Assembly: GCA_951406725.2 (NCBI GenBank)
Contig: OX597825.1
Coordinates: 7,068,001 to 7,132,000 of the forward strand
Direction: 5' to 3'
DNA length: 64,000 nucleotides
DNA from: Octopus vulgaris
Lineage: Eukaryota
This document shows, one piece after another, positions 38,774 through 52,910 of this stretch. The translations under genes and the position numbers were made by a program. Within the stretch, counting starts at the first letter, position 1; each line of letters begins with the position of its first letter. The notes below the pieces were generated by a model, which saw nothing but the letters and a program-made list of their open reading frames with translations, did not search any database and was not told where the DNA came from.

Positions 38774-39461
38774 TGTGACTTAATATACAAGTTTTAAAAT
38801 AGCAGCAGTGCTAAGAATATTCTGAGACTAATATTATGCCATAAAATCTCATTCTTCAGACCTTCAATTTATTATAGAATTTTTATTAGGGAAATCTTTC
38901 CATCTGCCACCCATCCTCTTTGGCTTTTTTATTTCTCATTTTTTTTTATTGTTTTTTCATTTATTATTTGATGGGACATTATTATGTCTTGTGAAACACT
39001 TTTCAAAATGAATTTATTGAATCTTCCAAATCACAGAATGTGTTTAGAGATAATCAATAGCATATTTAGAGCTAATCAATAGCAAGTCTAGATATTTCCT
39101 AATCAGCTGAGATCTTATCAAAGAGACCTGAATTGGTAAAGAAAATCTTTTAAATAACACAAGATATAAATGATATTAAAGACAATTACAATACGGAAGC
39201 TATATAAATTTTTTAAAAAATTTCTATTATTGGTTTGGTCTGAAGGAAATGGCATTATTAATATTCCTCTTGAACAGGGACAAGTCAACAATAGCAAGAA
39301 CAACATAGGTAGAGTCGGAATTCCAGAAAGTTATTATTTCTGGAAGTAAGGACCGAATATTAGGTTTAGTGCATAGCCAGGATTTTACTCTCATTTGACA
39401 CACCAGCTGTGGACTTGAAGGGGCCTCATGGCAGGCCCTACATCAGATTTTTTTTTTTAGA

Positions 39462-39653
39462 TGTTTCAGTCATTTGACTGCGGCCATGCTGGAGCACCGC
39501 CTTTAGTCGAGAAAATCGACCCCCAGGACTTATTCTTTGTAAGCCCAGTACTTATTCAATCGGTCTCTTTTGTCGAACCGCTAAGTGACGGGGACGTACA
39601 CACACCAGCATCGGTTGTCAAGCAATGCTGGGGGGACAAACACACACACACAA

Positions 39654-39686
<33 letters not shown>

Positions 39687-39858
39687 CATATATACGACAG
39701 GCTTCTTTCAGTTTCCGTCTACCAAATCCACTCACAAGGCATTGGTCGGCCCAGGGCTATAGCAGAAGACACTTGCCCAAGATGCCATGCAGTGGGACTG
39801 AACCCGGAACCATGTGGTTGGTTAGCAAGCTACTTACCACACAGCCACTCCTGTGCCT
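39462..39858 (-). mobile_element. SINE family A
   Basis: Near-full-length reverse copy. Confidence 0.9.
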
Positions 39859-41604
39859 ATATAAATTTTAAAGATGGTTGGATGTGAAAAAATAAAATCT
39901 CCAGATGCTTGGCGTCATCTTGGAGAATGCAGAGGGATTAGCACTGCGCCACCAGCGATGGAGAGCAGTGGTGGACCAGATCAGTTTTACGCATGATAAT
40001 ATTTCTCAGACCACTAACCCGGAATGGCCCCAGCCTCAACAAGCAAGTGCATGAAGCAAGCAAGCAAGTATAGCCTGATGGTAGTGGACCCTGCTTGTGT
40101 AGTCTGAGGGTAGTGGGCAATGTATGAGTTGGGGAGTAGAGAAGGAGAGAGGAGTCAGTGGGAAGCATTTGAGAGGATTTGACATGAGACTAGTACACTC
40201 TGAGGAACAAAGGACAGTGTGTTGTTGAGAGAATCTGTGTGTGTGTGTGTGTGGTTAAGTGTATACACACACACACACACATTTATATATATAGTAAAAG
40301 GGAGGAAGAGAGAAGAAACAACTGAAAACCCTTTCTTTGGATATAGTCTAAGATGTGAGTGTGTGTGTATGTGTGTGTGTGTAGAAAAGCAATGCCAACC
40401 CAAATATTAGAGCAGGACTCCATTGTTGGCCACACCTGGGTAACTGATGGAGAATGGTCAAGTATTTTCCGATTCTGAAATACAAGGTCAGTCTTTGATT
40501 ATACAATTAATATGCATAAGTTAAAGATTAGATTGAATTTAATTCTCAGACTTTTAAGATGATTGAAGCTCATAATTAGAAGGTTGTTCCTCACCAAAGA
40601 ATTCTGTGATAAATTATTGAAAACACGCAGCTGCTCTTAAAGAATTTTCGTTTTGTGATAGCGTTTAGTAAATTAGTATTTAAATAAAAATTGGAAATGT
40701 TTTATTTATCCATTTTCATGCTTAGATATTTAACTAGTTGGCATGAAATAGCAAGTGCTTTTATTTAGTTCCTAATATATAATATAGCTTTTATTTAGCT
40801 ACTTCATAATAATATATATGCCTTATCGAGAATTTTAGGATGTTCTTAACCTAGAAGTTAGGTGAAAATAATTGATAAAGAAATCAGTTCTTAGACATTA
40901 TTGCTTCCTGGAATTTTTATTATAAAAACAAAACAGCAATTTCTTTAATGGATTTTTCCGTTTATTTTCTTCTAAAAATTCAACATAAAATTCTCATATC
41001 GGGTTAAACAGACTCAAGATAAGGAATCTATTTCTTGCATTTCAGCTTGTTTCATTTCTTTATTTTGGTTAAATTTCACATGGCATTAACTTCAGTTGTC
41101 TGACAGGAACTTATGTTTACAGCAGCAACTTTGGTAGCTCAGGATCAATAGACTTTCAGTTCAGCCATCCGTGACAAAATTTAATATAATTACCAGTTGG
41201 GATGTAAAAATAAATTGATCATCTTAAAGATACTAAGATTTAATTGGAAGAAGAATATTTTTAAACAAGGTATTTTTAAACACGGTGCAATTTGTTTTTA
41301 AATTTTTAAATAACTGAAGTCTTAAACATAAACAAAATAACAACACAAATAACCAGAATATTCAGATATCAGCATGGCTTTGGCGCTATGGCTAACAAGC
41401 TTACTCAACAACAAAGCGGTTCCATGTTTGATTCCCCAGTCGAGTATCTTGGTTCCCTGATAGTCTCTGAGCAATATTTGGTGGACCGAAACTTGGTAGA
41501 GGATCATCAGTCATACACATTTACACACACACACACACAAACACATGAAATATTGAACTATGCTTGATGATAATGTATGTTCTTTATTCTTTCTTTTTCT
41601 TTTA

Positions 41605-41811
41605 ATCTTTTATTCGTTTCAGTCATTTTGACTGCGGCCATGCTGGAGCATCGCCTTTAGTCAAGCAAATCGACCCCAGGACTTATTCTTTGTAAGCCTA
41701 GTACTTATTCTATTGGTCTCTTATGCCAAACTGCTAAGTTAAGGGGATGTAAACACACCAGCATCGATTGTTAAGCAATGTTGGGACACACACACACACA
41801 CATATATATAA

Positions 41812-41852
<41 letters not shown>

Positions 41853-42003
41853 CGGGTTTCTTTCAGTTTCCATCTACCAAATCCACTCACAAGGCTTTGG
41901 TCAGACTGATGCTATAGTAGAAGACACTTGCCCAAGGTGCCATGCAGTGGGACTGAACCATGTGGTTGGTTTGCAAGCTACTTACCACACAGCCACTCCT
42001 GCA
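41605..42003 (-). mobile_element. SINE family A
   Basis: Near-full-length reverse copy. Confidence 0.88.
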
Positions 42004-42959
42004 CTTATATACACTCATACACACATAGACACACACACAGAGAAGTGTATGTGTGTGTCTGTGTATGTATAAACATACAGTATCATCATTATCATTGTTT
42101 AACGTCTGTGTTCCATGCTGGCATGGGTTGAACGGTTCAACTGGGGTCTGGAAAGCCAGGAGGCTGCACCAGACTCTTGTCTAATCTCGAAATGTTTCCA
42201 CAGCTGATGTTGTATTTAAAGTGAATTGCTTATGGAAATTGCATTTGCAGAGGTGTGTTTAACAATATTTAGTAATTAAAGTTTGTCATTATTAGTGCTG
42301 GCTAATCCTAGAGGAAATCTTATGTCATAAATTGCAATTTTTGAGTTACAAAAATATTGACTGTTTTGAAAACGTTTTTTTTTTTCTTGCATTTTGCATC
42401 TATATCATTCATTGATATTTCATACACATTCACATTTGATACTACAGTTTCAAAAAACTAAACTGTTTATTATTACAATTGAATAGAAAAGGATAAATAT
42501 GCTTGTTTTTCAGTGATCCCAATTTGGTACTTTTCAAAAAATTTATCATAACTTCCAAAATAATTCACATATAAAGAAACTTTAATTACTATATATTATT
42601 TTAACTCCTAAGACACCTGGCAAAGCCAAAAATATGAATAAATTAAATTGGCAGTTAATGGGTTAATATTTCCCCATAACCAGACATGTTTTCATGGAAG
42701 GCTGGAAACAGTAAAAGAAACACTGTTGTTTGCTAGTGTTTACAACAATTATGCACTTTTGAGACATGGAGGCAGCAAAGCACCCACTGCCACACATACA
42801 AGAGGGGCTTCTTTTATTTTTTCCATCCATCAAACGTAGTCGCAAGGATTTGGTTGGCCTGGGGCTATGAAAGAAGACACTTTCTTATGGTGCCATGCAG
42901 AGGGATTGAACCTCAGAAATGTGGTTGGAAAGTAAGCTTCTTAAGCGCACAGCCATGCC

Positions 42960-43228
42960 TGTGCACACACACATATATATGTACAGACATACAGATATAT
43001 GTATATATAAAATTCATACATATATATACCCATACATACTTATATATGCATATACAGATATATGTGTACATACATATATACACACACACATCATCATCAT
43101 CATCGTTTAACGTCCGTTTTCCATGCTGTATATATAAGTATGTGTAATATATATGTATATATATATATACACACACACACACATGTATATATGTATATAT
43201 ATATATACCCATGTATATATGTATGTAT

Positions 43229-43275
<47 letters not shown>

Positions 43276-43356
43276 GTATATATATATTCATAAATATATA
43301 TACACACACACATATATATGTATATATGTATATGTATACATATATATATTTATGTC

Positions 43357-43406
<50 letters not shown>

Positions 43407-43437
43407 TATATACACATATATATATACATATATATAT

Positions 43438-43507
<70 letters not shown>

Positions 43508-43545
43508 ATATATATATATACATACGTACACATATCTACACACGT
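42960..43545. repeat. Long (TA)n-dominated compound microsatellite
   Basis: Visible directly; contains a short family D tail near 43090-43127. Confidence 0.95.
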
Positions 43546-44068
43546 ATATTTGATATTCTCTCATCTCTCTGCTTCTCACAGTCTCTCCTTTCCATTGCAC
43601 CATATATTAATGTTGCATAGTGAAAGATTGTATCAAATTTGTTGGTATCTGATATTCTTCTCCTTTTATTCTCCTTTGCTACTAACCAGCTCTCCTTCTC
43701 CATCATTTCCTTCATTCTTGACATCCATCACTCTCTCACTATCACTCATCTATATCACTACCCATCACTCAAGCTCAACCTCTCCCCCACTCTCACTCTC
43801 AATCTCTCCATCTCTCTCTCTCTGTCTTTCTCTCAGCATTTAAACTTGAAGCTACCATGTCTCTATTGAAAAACTACTTTTAGCAACGTCTCCTCCTCCT
43901 CAACCATACTGTCATTGTAAAGCTGTTACCAAATGAATGAAGATAATACAGTCAAGAGAACCCTTTATTGTTTTCTAGTTAAGGTCATGCCAACCTTGGT
44001 AGCGCTGGTGCTGAATGTTCAGAAAGACTTCCAGTCATGGAAGTCATGTCAGTATGAGTAACACATGA

Positions 44069-44240
44069 AGGCAGCGAGCTGGCAGAAATGTTAGCATGCT
44101 GGGCGAAATGCTTAGCAGTATTTCATCTAGTTTTACGTTCTGAGTTCAAATTCTGCCAAGGTCGACTTTGCTTTCATCCTTTCAGGGTTGATTAAATAAG
44201 TACCAGTTACGTACTGGGGTCAATATAAATGACTTAATCC
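44069..44240 (+). mobile_element. SINE family B, 3'-truncated
   Basis: Head and body match the other family B copies. Confidence 0.82.
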
Positions 44241-44249
44241 GTTTTTTTG

Positions 44250-44560
44250 ACCCCAGTACTTATTTTTGAAGCCTGGTATTTGTTCCATCAGTCTTTTTTG
44301 CCAAACCGCTAAGTTATGGAGATGTAAACACACCAACACTGGTTGTCAAGTGGTGATGGGGGACAAACACAGACATGCACATAGATATATACATACATGT
44401 ATATACGACGGGTTTCAGCTTCCATCAACCAAATCTACTTACAAGGCTATGGTTGGCTCAAGACTAGAGTAGGAGACACCTGCCCAAAGTTTCACACAGT
44501 GGGATTGAACCTGGATTCATATGTTTTGGAAGCAAGCTTCTTACCACACAGCCACTCCTG
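44250..44560 (-). mobile_element. SINE family A, diverged
   Basis: Reverse copy ending CTTACCACACAGCCACTCCTG on +. Confidence 0.78.
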
Positions 44561-44709
44561 ATGTGTGTGTGAGTCATTAAATGCTAATTAGTGTGGATGT
44601 ATTATGAGAGGGGTGTATCATTACCGTATTCATCCTGAGAACGCTTCTAATATTTACATTTAACGAGATATCAATAACAGACAAGAATTGTCCTGCATCA
44701 GTGGTGGAA

Positions 44710-44757
44710 CTGCTGTATCATGTGATTTCTGTATATTTTACACCTCATCAGCAGCAG
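44710..44757 (-). ncRNA. Minimal type I hammerhead ribozyme (Penelope-type), probably decayed
   Basis: Minus strand: CTGCTG-CTGATGA-G-GTGTA-AAA-TATAC-A-GAAA-TC-ACAT-GA-TA-CAGCAG. Stem I CTGCTG/CAGCAG, intact CUGAUGA and GAAA core, short near-palindromic stem III, and a G-A mismatch at the base of stem II. Confidence 0.72.
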
Positions 44758-46088
44758 GCATCCACTAACCATATGCTGATCAAATTTCTCTTCCTCTGAT
44801 ATATATATATATAAACAGTTAAATCTGCATTAAGTAGGATTTAAAGACTGCCTTTCACTAATAATACTGGCTCTGTTGTTAATATCTGATTTATACCCAG
44901 CCTGCTGGCCATAAGCAACACTGGTGACTGAATAGTTGCTGTCACCCACCCCCACCCCCCACACACTCATATATACATACATGCATATAGAGAGGCAATT
45001 ATATGGATAAACAAATTAAATATAACAGCTTGGGTTTGATATATGATATATATATATATGTGTATGTATATGTATGTATGTATATATTGCCTCTGATGGT
45101 GCATATTTTTGCTGTTTAAGGACATCCCATCCCATCTTTTTAGGGGTCTGATTAGACATAGCTGAAGGGTTGAGGATTTGTTTAAAAATTCTAAAGTCTT
45201 AGGTTCAATTGGCTTCTTGAGTAAGTTCCTCTACCACAGCCTCTGGTCAATCTGAACCTTGTGAGTAAATATGGGCATGTGGAAACTGTAAAGAAGCTTG
45301 TCAGTTAGACTGTTCCTGTAATTAAAAAAAATACAGTTTTGTTTCATGTTGTGTTTACTCGTATTCCCCCACAGAATCATTTTAAGGGTACCGATGTCCA
45401 TGGAATACTCAGCCGTTTAAATATCAACAAGCTGTATGTTCAATTGATCCAATAACTGAATGCTCATTGTCGAAACTGATGGAGGATCCATCATGTGATG
45501 TGACTTCCTTTTTCATAAGAGTGTGATTTGAAAGGAATTTGGCTGTTATGTTTGGCATTGTTGAATACACAAAATATAGTCTTAAAATATTATATTATTA
45601 TCACTTTTACGCCTTTCATTGTTCGTTAAGATCAGGACAACTTTATATGTTTATAATATTATTGTGACTGGAAAGGAAAAATTCTTTGTTTAGTTTACAA
45701 AAAAAGTTCTTTTAAATTCTTTAAAAAACTGTGGATTTGGTTTGTGGTGAAATATTCGTTTTACTTTATTCAAGAATCTTTTTTTTTTTTCATCTAATCT
45801 GTTAGCAAACCTATTGTTAAACAAGATTTCTATTTCTTTTATTGGAGTATTATATCTGCTGTTGTACACTAAGATACAGATGTTTTTTGAAGGTGTTGGA
45901 CCAAGAAGAGAGAGTGGCACAGAGAGAGAGAGAGAGGGAGAAAGAGAGACAGTGAGAGAGATATGGGGGGAAAATGTCTGGATAGAGGGAATGAAAGCTT
46001 CTTGGAATATGTATACATACATATATACTTATATATGTGTATATCTGTACGTATGTGTGTGTGTGTGTGTTTGGGAAAATGTTGCACA

Positions 46089-46149
<61 letters not shown>

Positions 46150-46168
46150 CACACACACATATATATAT

Positions 46169-46199
<31 letters not shown>

Positions 46200-46941
46200 T
46201 ACAAGGGTGAAATTAAAACAAGAAATTTGTAATAGATGAAAAAAAATTAAAATGTATGGTAGAGAGAGAGAGAAAGCGAGAGAGAGGGAAGGGTGGAGAG
46301 ATCGGGGTGGAGAAGTATACAGTTTATCTATCTGTGTGTATTTAGATTTGTGTATATAATCATGTGCGTGAGGGAAAGAGAAAGAGAAAGTAAAAGTCTG
46401 TGTGTGTGTGTGTGAGTGTACATACATGCACATATGTGTATAGTTTGAATAATCTACTACGAAACAAGACAAATATATGCACAGCTGTTAAGATATAAAA
46501 TCTTGGTAGTGAAGAGAAAGTGGCATCAAAGTAGCTAATTTAGAAATATTAGTTTCTAAATCAGAAAGAAACATCAAAGAAGATTTTATGACAAAAAATA
46601 TTGTTATTTAAGAGAGAGCTAAGACCTCCCAATTAAGTTAATGAAAAGCAAAAATTAAAGAAAATTAATCGATAACATAAAATATGTGTGTCTGGAAAGC
46701 TGATGGATGTATTGGAGAACGTTGAGCAGTGGACACTTGGGTGCTATAATATTAGTGACCACCACTATAAACTGGAACTGTTTGGCAATTGAGCATTGTT
46801 CCACTGAACGTTACAGCGGGTGGGAGGGGCCCTATTGATCTGCTGGAAATAATAGTTAAATCTTTAAAACATATTTTACTGTTTTAGAAGAGGAAAAGAT
46901 AGCTTGTGTATTGCTAATAAAAAAGACCCCTTAGGTCATGA

Positions 46942-47230
46942 ATCATCATCATCATCGTTTAACGTCCGCTTTCCATGCTAGCATGGGTTGGACAATTTTG
47001 ACTGAGGGCTGGTGAACCAGATGGCCACACCAGGCTCCAATCTTGATCTGGCAGAGTTTCTACAGCTGGATGCCCTTCCTAACGCCAACCACTCCGAGAG
47101 TGTAGTGGGTGCTTTTTACGTGCCACCGGCATGGGACCAGTCAGGTGGTACTGGCAATGATCTCACTCAAATCTTTTTACACATGCCACCGGCACAGGTG
47201 CCAGTAAGGCCACGTTGGTAACGATCACAC
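46942..47230 (-). mobile_element. Family D retroposon
   Basis: Reverse complement of the 3' part of the 56783-57299 copy, with (CAT)n on +. Confidence 0.85.
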
Positions 47231-47525
47231 TTGTTGACCATGGTATTGCATGTAGAAATTTCCTCTCTGAGGTATAAGTCCAGGCAAGGTTTCTTATGGA
47301 AGACCAAGCTTTCCACACCACTGATGTTGTCCAAGGGAAAGGCAAAGGGGCCGATATAGCTTGGCGCCTGTGACGTCACAAATCATTTCTACAGCTGAGT
47401 GAATTGGAGTAACGTGAAATAAAGTGTCTTGCTCAAAAACACGACATACAGACTGGTCTGGGAATCGAACTCACTACCTTATAATTGTGAGCCTAATGCT
47501 CTAACCACTGAGTCATGTGTCTTCA
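47215..47525 (-). mobile_element. SINE family C
   Basis: Reverse copy of the 10948-type subfamily. Confidence 0.75.
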
Positions 47526-47648
47526 CTGCAAATAAGCTAAGATAAATTAATGGGATGGTCACAACTGGAGCGAATTTTCATTATAGTTTGGCTTGACCAG
47601 AGATCACCGAGAGCTAAAAAAATAACAATGATTTGTATTTTTCATTGT

Positions 47649-47706
<58 letters not shown>

Positions 47707-49455
47707 TGAGAGATCAGTGAATAATGTGAAATTAAGTAAACTCTGGAATAAATCATGGACCATTTTCCCCAAACAATTGACAGACATAGTAACATAACAA
47801 AGATTCTATTTTCTTTATATCTCGTCTTACATCAAAATTTCTCAGAAATCAGAAAGGTTGGTCGGCATCAAATTTTAAGTAAGACCCAAGTGTATACCAC
47901 AGTCTTATGCAGACCAGAAATACTCTTCAATTATTCCTCAGATGAATTATTTTGAGTTTTTACATTTTCTCTTTACTTTATTTTTTTATCTTTGTAATAA
48001 TAGTAAAGGAATGAATTTGTTGAAAATAAAAAAAATATTGAACAGGTGAATAGCTAAAAGGTAATTATTCTTATATGTTGTATTTTAAGGAATGATGCAG
48101 CACTGTTTATCAGAAGCTGTGAATGCTGGTGATGTTACTGTGTTTATCTGAAGGTACAAAATGAACTTCATCAAGTACAGTACAATAATATGGTGTTTAT
48201 CTACATATGTATATAATGCGATACAAACTATATATATACAGTTTAATGTCTTGTTCTGACTGAAACAAAGAGAATAGTTCTTGTCTAAGAATCAATGTGG
48301 TTTATTGATAGAGAATATATGTGTGAACATGAAGCACGATATAAGCCAGACAATCAATGTAATTTATTGGTCCAAGAATAATCTGTGAACATGGAACGAG
48401 GTATAAACTATAAAACCAATTGCAATCATTTTTGAACATGAAGGTTTAATGGTAGAACCAATTTCATTTAATGATGCTGACTTGTTGTAACCCAAATATT
48501 GAAGCACAACAACAACGAGTTATATAGTTTTACGAGACACAATAGATTATAGTTTGAAACTCTGCCAAAACTGCTGGGAATTCAGATATAACAATTCTCT
48601 GGTTGGAAATAGATTTCTCAATAGGGACTGATTTGTAGGGAGTCGAAGTTGCAGTCAACCCCCCTCCCCCTCCCGACCTTCCCTGTGACAATGGTTCCTG
48701 TAATATTCTGTAATATTCTGTAATATTCAACCTATGAACTATTTTGAGTAGAAATTATGGTTCAGTTTGATTAAGACAATTATGTTGAGTAATTATGTAG
48801 AAATGTGTATGAGTCACAAGGTCAACGACTTCTGTGGGAGACGAGGTAATGATCACTGAACTTTTCCCCACCCCTAACCCCACTATTATTACTGGTACTT
48901 ATTTTATCAATGTCAATGAGATGAAAGTCAAAGTTGGTAATGAATTTAGATCAGTAACAATGGAGTATGAACCGGCCTAACAATATAAAATATTAATAGT
49001 TTTCAGTTGAGAATCATGAATGAAATTAAGTGATGGTCAATCTGAAATATCAGAAGTGGTAAGATAACCAATATGGAAGAACAATTGCAGTCTTTTGTAT
49101 AGAATCTATTGTGAAAGGTACCCATTAGAGGCTGATGGGTGTTTTATAACATCAGTAAATAGCAATCTGTCAGATTGAGTCTAGCAAACCTTTCACTGGC
49201 TAATGTGATTGTCTGTTTGAAAGTTATATCCTCAATACTCAAGATAATACAACATTAACAAGATATATTTATGACAGTTTAAGTTAGGATAATTAAATAA
49301 CATTAAATTAATAAGTAATAAATAAATATATATTAAAGACACCTGAACTTGGAAATGATATAAATATACTATAAACATTTTTTTTTAAACTTCTTTATTT
49401 TTTTTGCAAAACTTTCATTTATAAATGATTATCTCCTGGAGACAAGCCTAATTCC

Positions 49456-49512
<57 letters not shown>

Positions 49513-51594
49513 TATATACATATATATATATACATATAAATATATACATATATATTTATATATATCTTCTCTCTATATATATATATCTACACATACTTAC
49601 ATACATACATGTATATATATATATATGTACACATACTTACATACATACATACCCATATATATATATATATATGTATAGGTTAAAATAGAAATGTTTATGA
49701 GATTGTGGTGTTTGTACCTTTCTAGAGATTTCTAATAATATTAGTCAAAGGAGATGCTTCTAGTGAAGAACAGAAAGGAAGCGAACATCAATTTTATGAC
49801 AGCTTATTCCACATTTTGACTCAAAATATGTTAAAGAATATTTTGATGCCAAAATCTAAATCTTTTGCATTTCAACCAAATTCACAAATATTTTCATTCT
49901 CTGATACCAGTAATAGCATTGGATTTATAGCCAAAAGTGGTAACTAAGCTTGCCTTCCACGCCTTGCTGCAAATAGATGGAGCAAGTACAATTTCCATTA
50001 TTGGTAATATATAAGTGTTTTATTGATTAGCAGGTTTACATTCCAAGTATAGCACAAATATAGCTGAGAGAGATGCTCTCTTATGTCAACAAAACGACTA
50101 ATTACCTATGAATAGATTCACTCAGTTAAGAAAAAATATGTAATTGACTATATTAATCACATTCGCTTCAATAAATACTAATATCAATCTAGATGTCATT
50201 AAGAAATGTTCACGGTGTCCAAAAATATTTCAGTAGCTAAGATACTGAATGCTTCACATTTTAATCAAGTTTTCTCGATGATCAGTTTTGGAAAATGGCA
50301 AAGCTAACTTTACAGATGCTTCATAGGTATTCAAGTAAACCAGCAAACTTTAAGAAACAGTTATAATTAAAAAGAAAGCTCATCACCAATTTTCATTCAT
50401 TTCTCCATTAAATGAGCTTTTGTCCTTTGTTTCATTTTTTTTCTTGTTCAGGATTCAAAATTTTAATTAATTCAAAAATATTGCCAAAGACAGGTAATTA
50501 AGTAAAAAGATTAAAAAGTTTAATAGAAAAATCATGAAGGCAACACACAAAATTCCATTCTATTTGATGTGTTTTAGTTAGTAATAATACGAGGGAAATA
50601 TGTCAGAAAAACGTTTATTTTCAATTTTCTTCATTTGGTCTCAATTATGGAGATGAAATGACTAATGCAACATCAAATAAGCTGATGTTTTTATATAGCT
50701 TCTAGTCAAAGAATAGCTGTTACCTCAGGCTATTTAGAAGTCTCCTAACAAGTAAACTACCAAAGAAAAAACATTTAAAGAACAACCAGCAAGTTAGTTA
50801 TATAATCTCAATACACACAACACACAGCATTCTTCTTTTAACAAGCATGGCACTGAAAACAAAGCAGAATTACCAAAGACGTTGAGGCAGTGATTTAAAC
50901 CTTTCTTGTCAATGAGTTCTGGTATATTTATTTGACATGCTGATAAGAAACGGGGAAAATTAACATGTACGTTGCCGATCCATTCATTAACTTTGCACCA
51001 TGCTACCATTAATCAATGTCAAACGAAGTGCCAATTTATTGCCAATCAATTTTTGCAAAGATTATTATATTCAATATGTTTGTTGATCTTTATGGAGTTT
51101 CTTTGTGCTGTCTGTATTTGCAACAGTGGATGCACTCCAATCGATAATTCTCTTGCATCTACTTCAGAAGTTGTTATATTGCAACAAAAGGTTACAAAAA
51201 CTGGGCATCTTTGCCCCAGAAATATGGTTACTTGTTGCAAAGATCAGCATTGTGTAATGGGAAGAATTAAGCAAATGCAATAACACCCAGTCTGTATGTT
51301 GGACAAAGAGAGAAATCTTTATCTAAATGTTTGCATTGCTAATCTCTACCAAATGTAATATTATAAAAGCCATTCCAGTGAAGATATTTATGAGAAATTT
51401 TTCAAAACATAATATTGAGCTGCTAATATCCCTATCTCCACGCCAGAATTTAGAAGTTCATACTAGAGAAATGGAAGTGCAAAACATTTATCGCTATGTC
51501 TGGTTTAAACCTCCTCCACCATCATGGAACTGCAGCCTCTGAAGTTAGATCCAATAAAAATTCATTAGTCTATTGCTTTTTCCCCACTCTTACT

Positions 51595-51994
51595 AATTCT
51601 TTATTGCCGACAAGGGGCTAAACACAGAGAGGACAAACAAGGACAGACAAACGGATTAAGTCGATTACATCGACCCCAGTGTGTAACTGGTACTTATTTA
51701 ATCAACCCTGAAAGGATGAAAAGCAAATTTGAACTCAGAAGATAGCGGCAGATGAAATACCTGTTTCTTTACTACCCACAAGGGGCTAAACACAGAGGGG
51801 ACAAACAAGGAGAGACAAAACGATTAAGTCGATTACATCGACCCCAGTGCGTAACTGGTACTTATTTAATCGACCCCGAAAGGATGAAAGGCAAAGTCAA
51901 CCTCGGCGGAATTTGAACTCAGAACATAGCAGCAGACGAAATACCGCTAAGCATTTTGCCCAACGTGCTAACGTTTCTGCCAGCTCACCGCCTT
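51595..51994 (-). mobile_element. SINE family B multimer: one head and two bodies
   Basis: Junction GAAATAC|CTGTTTCTTT on + at 51760/51761. Confidence 0.9.
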
Positions 51995-52449
51995 TTTTCC
52001 CCCTCTACTAATTCCAGTTCATTGACTGTGGCCATGCTGCAGTACTACATTCAAGGATTTTAATCAGCTATATTGACCTCTAAGCAGTGTATGCATGTAA
52101 ATATACTTCCAGTGGTAGGCCACTGTTTTGCACCTGAGTAATTAAGATTTCACTAAGGGCCACAGCTTTAATAATAACCATTAATCATTTTCTAATTCTT
52201 TATAGAAACTTGGTCTCTGTCAGGTAGTGTTGCTAGTATCACATAAGCAACAGCAAATTATAATATCACATATTCAACATGTCAGACTTCTAATCCTACA
52301 AATTTTATGTAGAAATGATTAATTCCCTTACTCTAACTGTCCACCAGGGGACACCACATGTAACAGCATATCACAGTTTCACAGAAAACATGTTATGTTT
52401 TTAACGATAAATATTTGAAACTTTTCAGGAAAGTAATTTATAATTTAGT

Positions 52450-52839
52450 TTTCAGCAGCTTTGATTTATATAATCACATATACATATGTATACATACATG
52501 CATGCATATATATATGAGTATGTGTGTGTGTGTATAATCACATGTACGTATGTATACATACATGCATGCATACATATGTGTAAGCATGTGCATGTGCATG
52601 CATGTGTGTGCGTGCATAATCACATGTATGTACGTATGCATACGTGTGTATGTGTGTGCGTGCATGTATAATCACATGTACGTATGTATACATACATGCA
52701 TATATATGTATGAGTGTGTGTGTGTGCATAATGACATGTATGTATGCATACATACATGCATATGTCTGTGTGTATTTGCATGCAAGTGTATGTGAATATG
52801 AATGTATACATAAATACATATACATGTGTGTGTGTGCTC

Positions 52840-52910
<71 letters not shown>
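52450..52910. repeat. Purine-pyrimidine alternating repeat with higher-order units
   Basis: An ATAATCACAT-like anchor recurs five times at about 50-85-bp spacing. Confidence 0.85.

Noticed and set aside
50790-51290. Overlapping Cys-rich ORFs in unique sequence
   Set aside because: No motif spacing of a known domain and no convincing splice sites; possibly regulatory, but unsupported.
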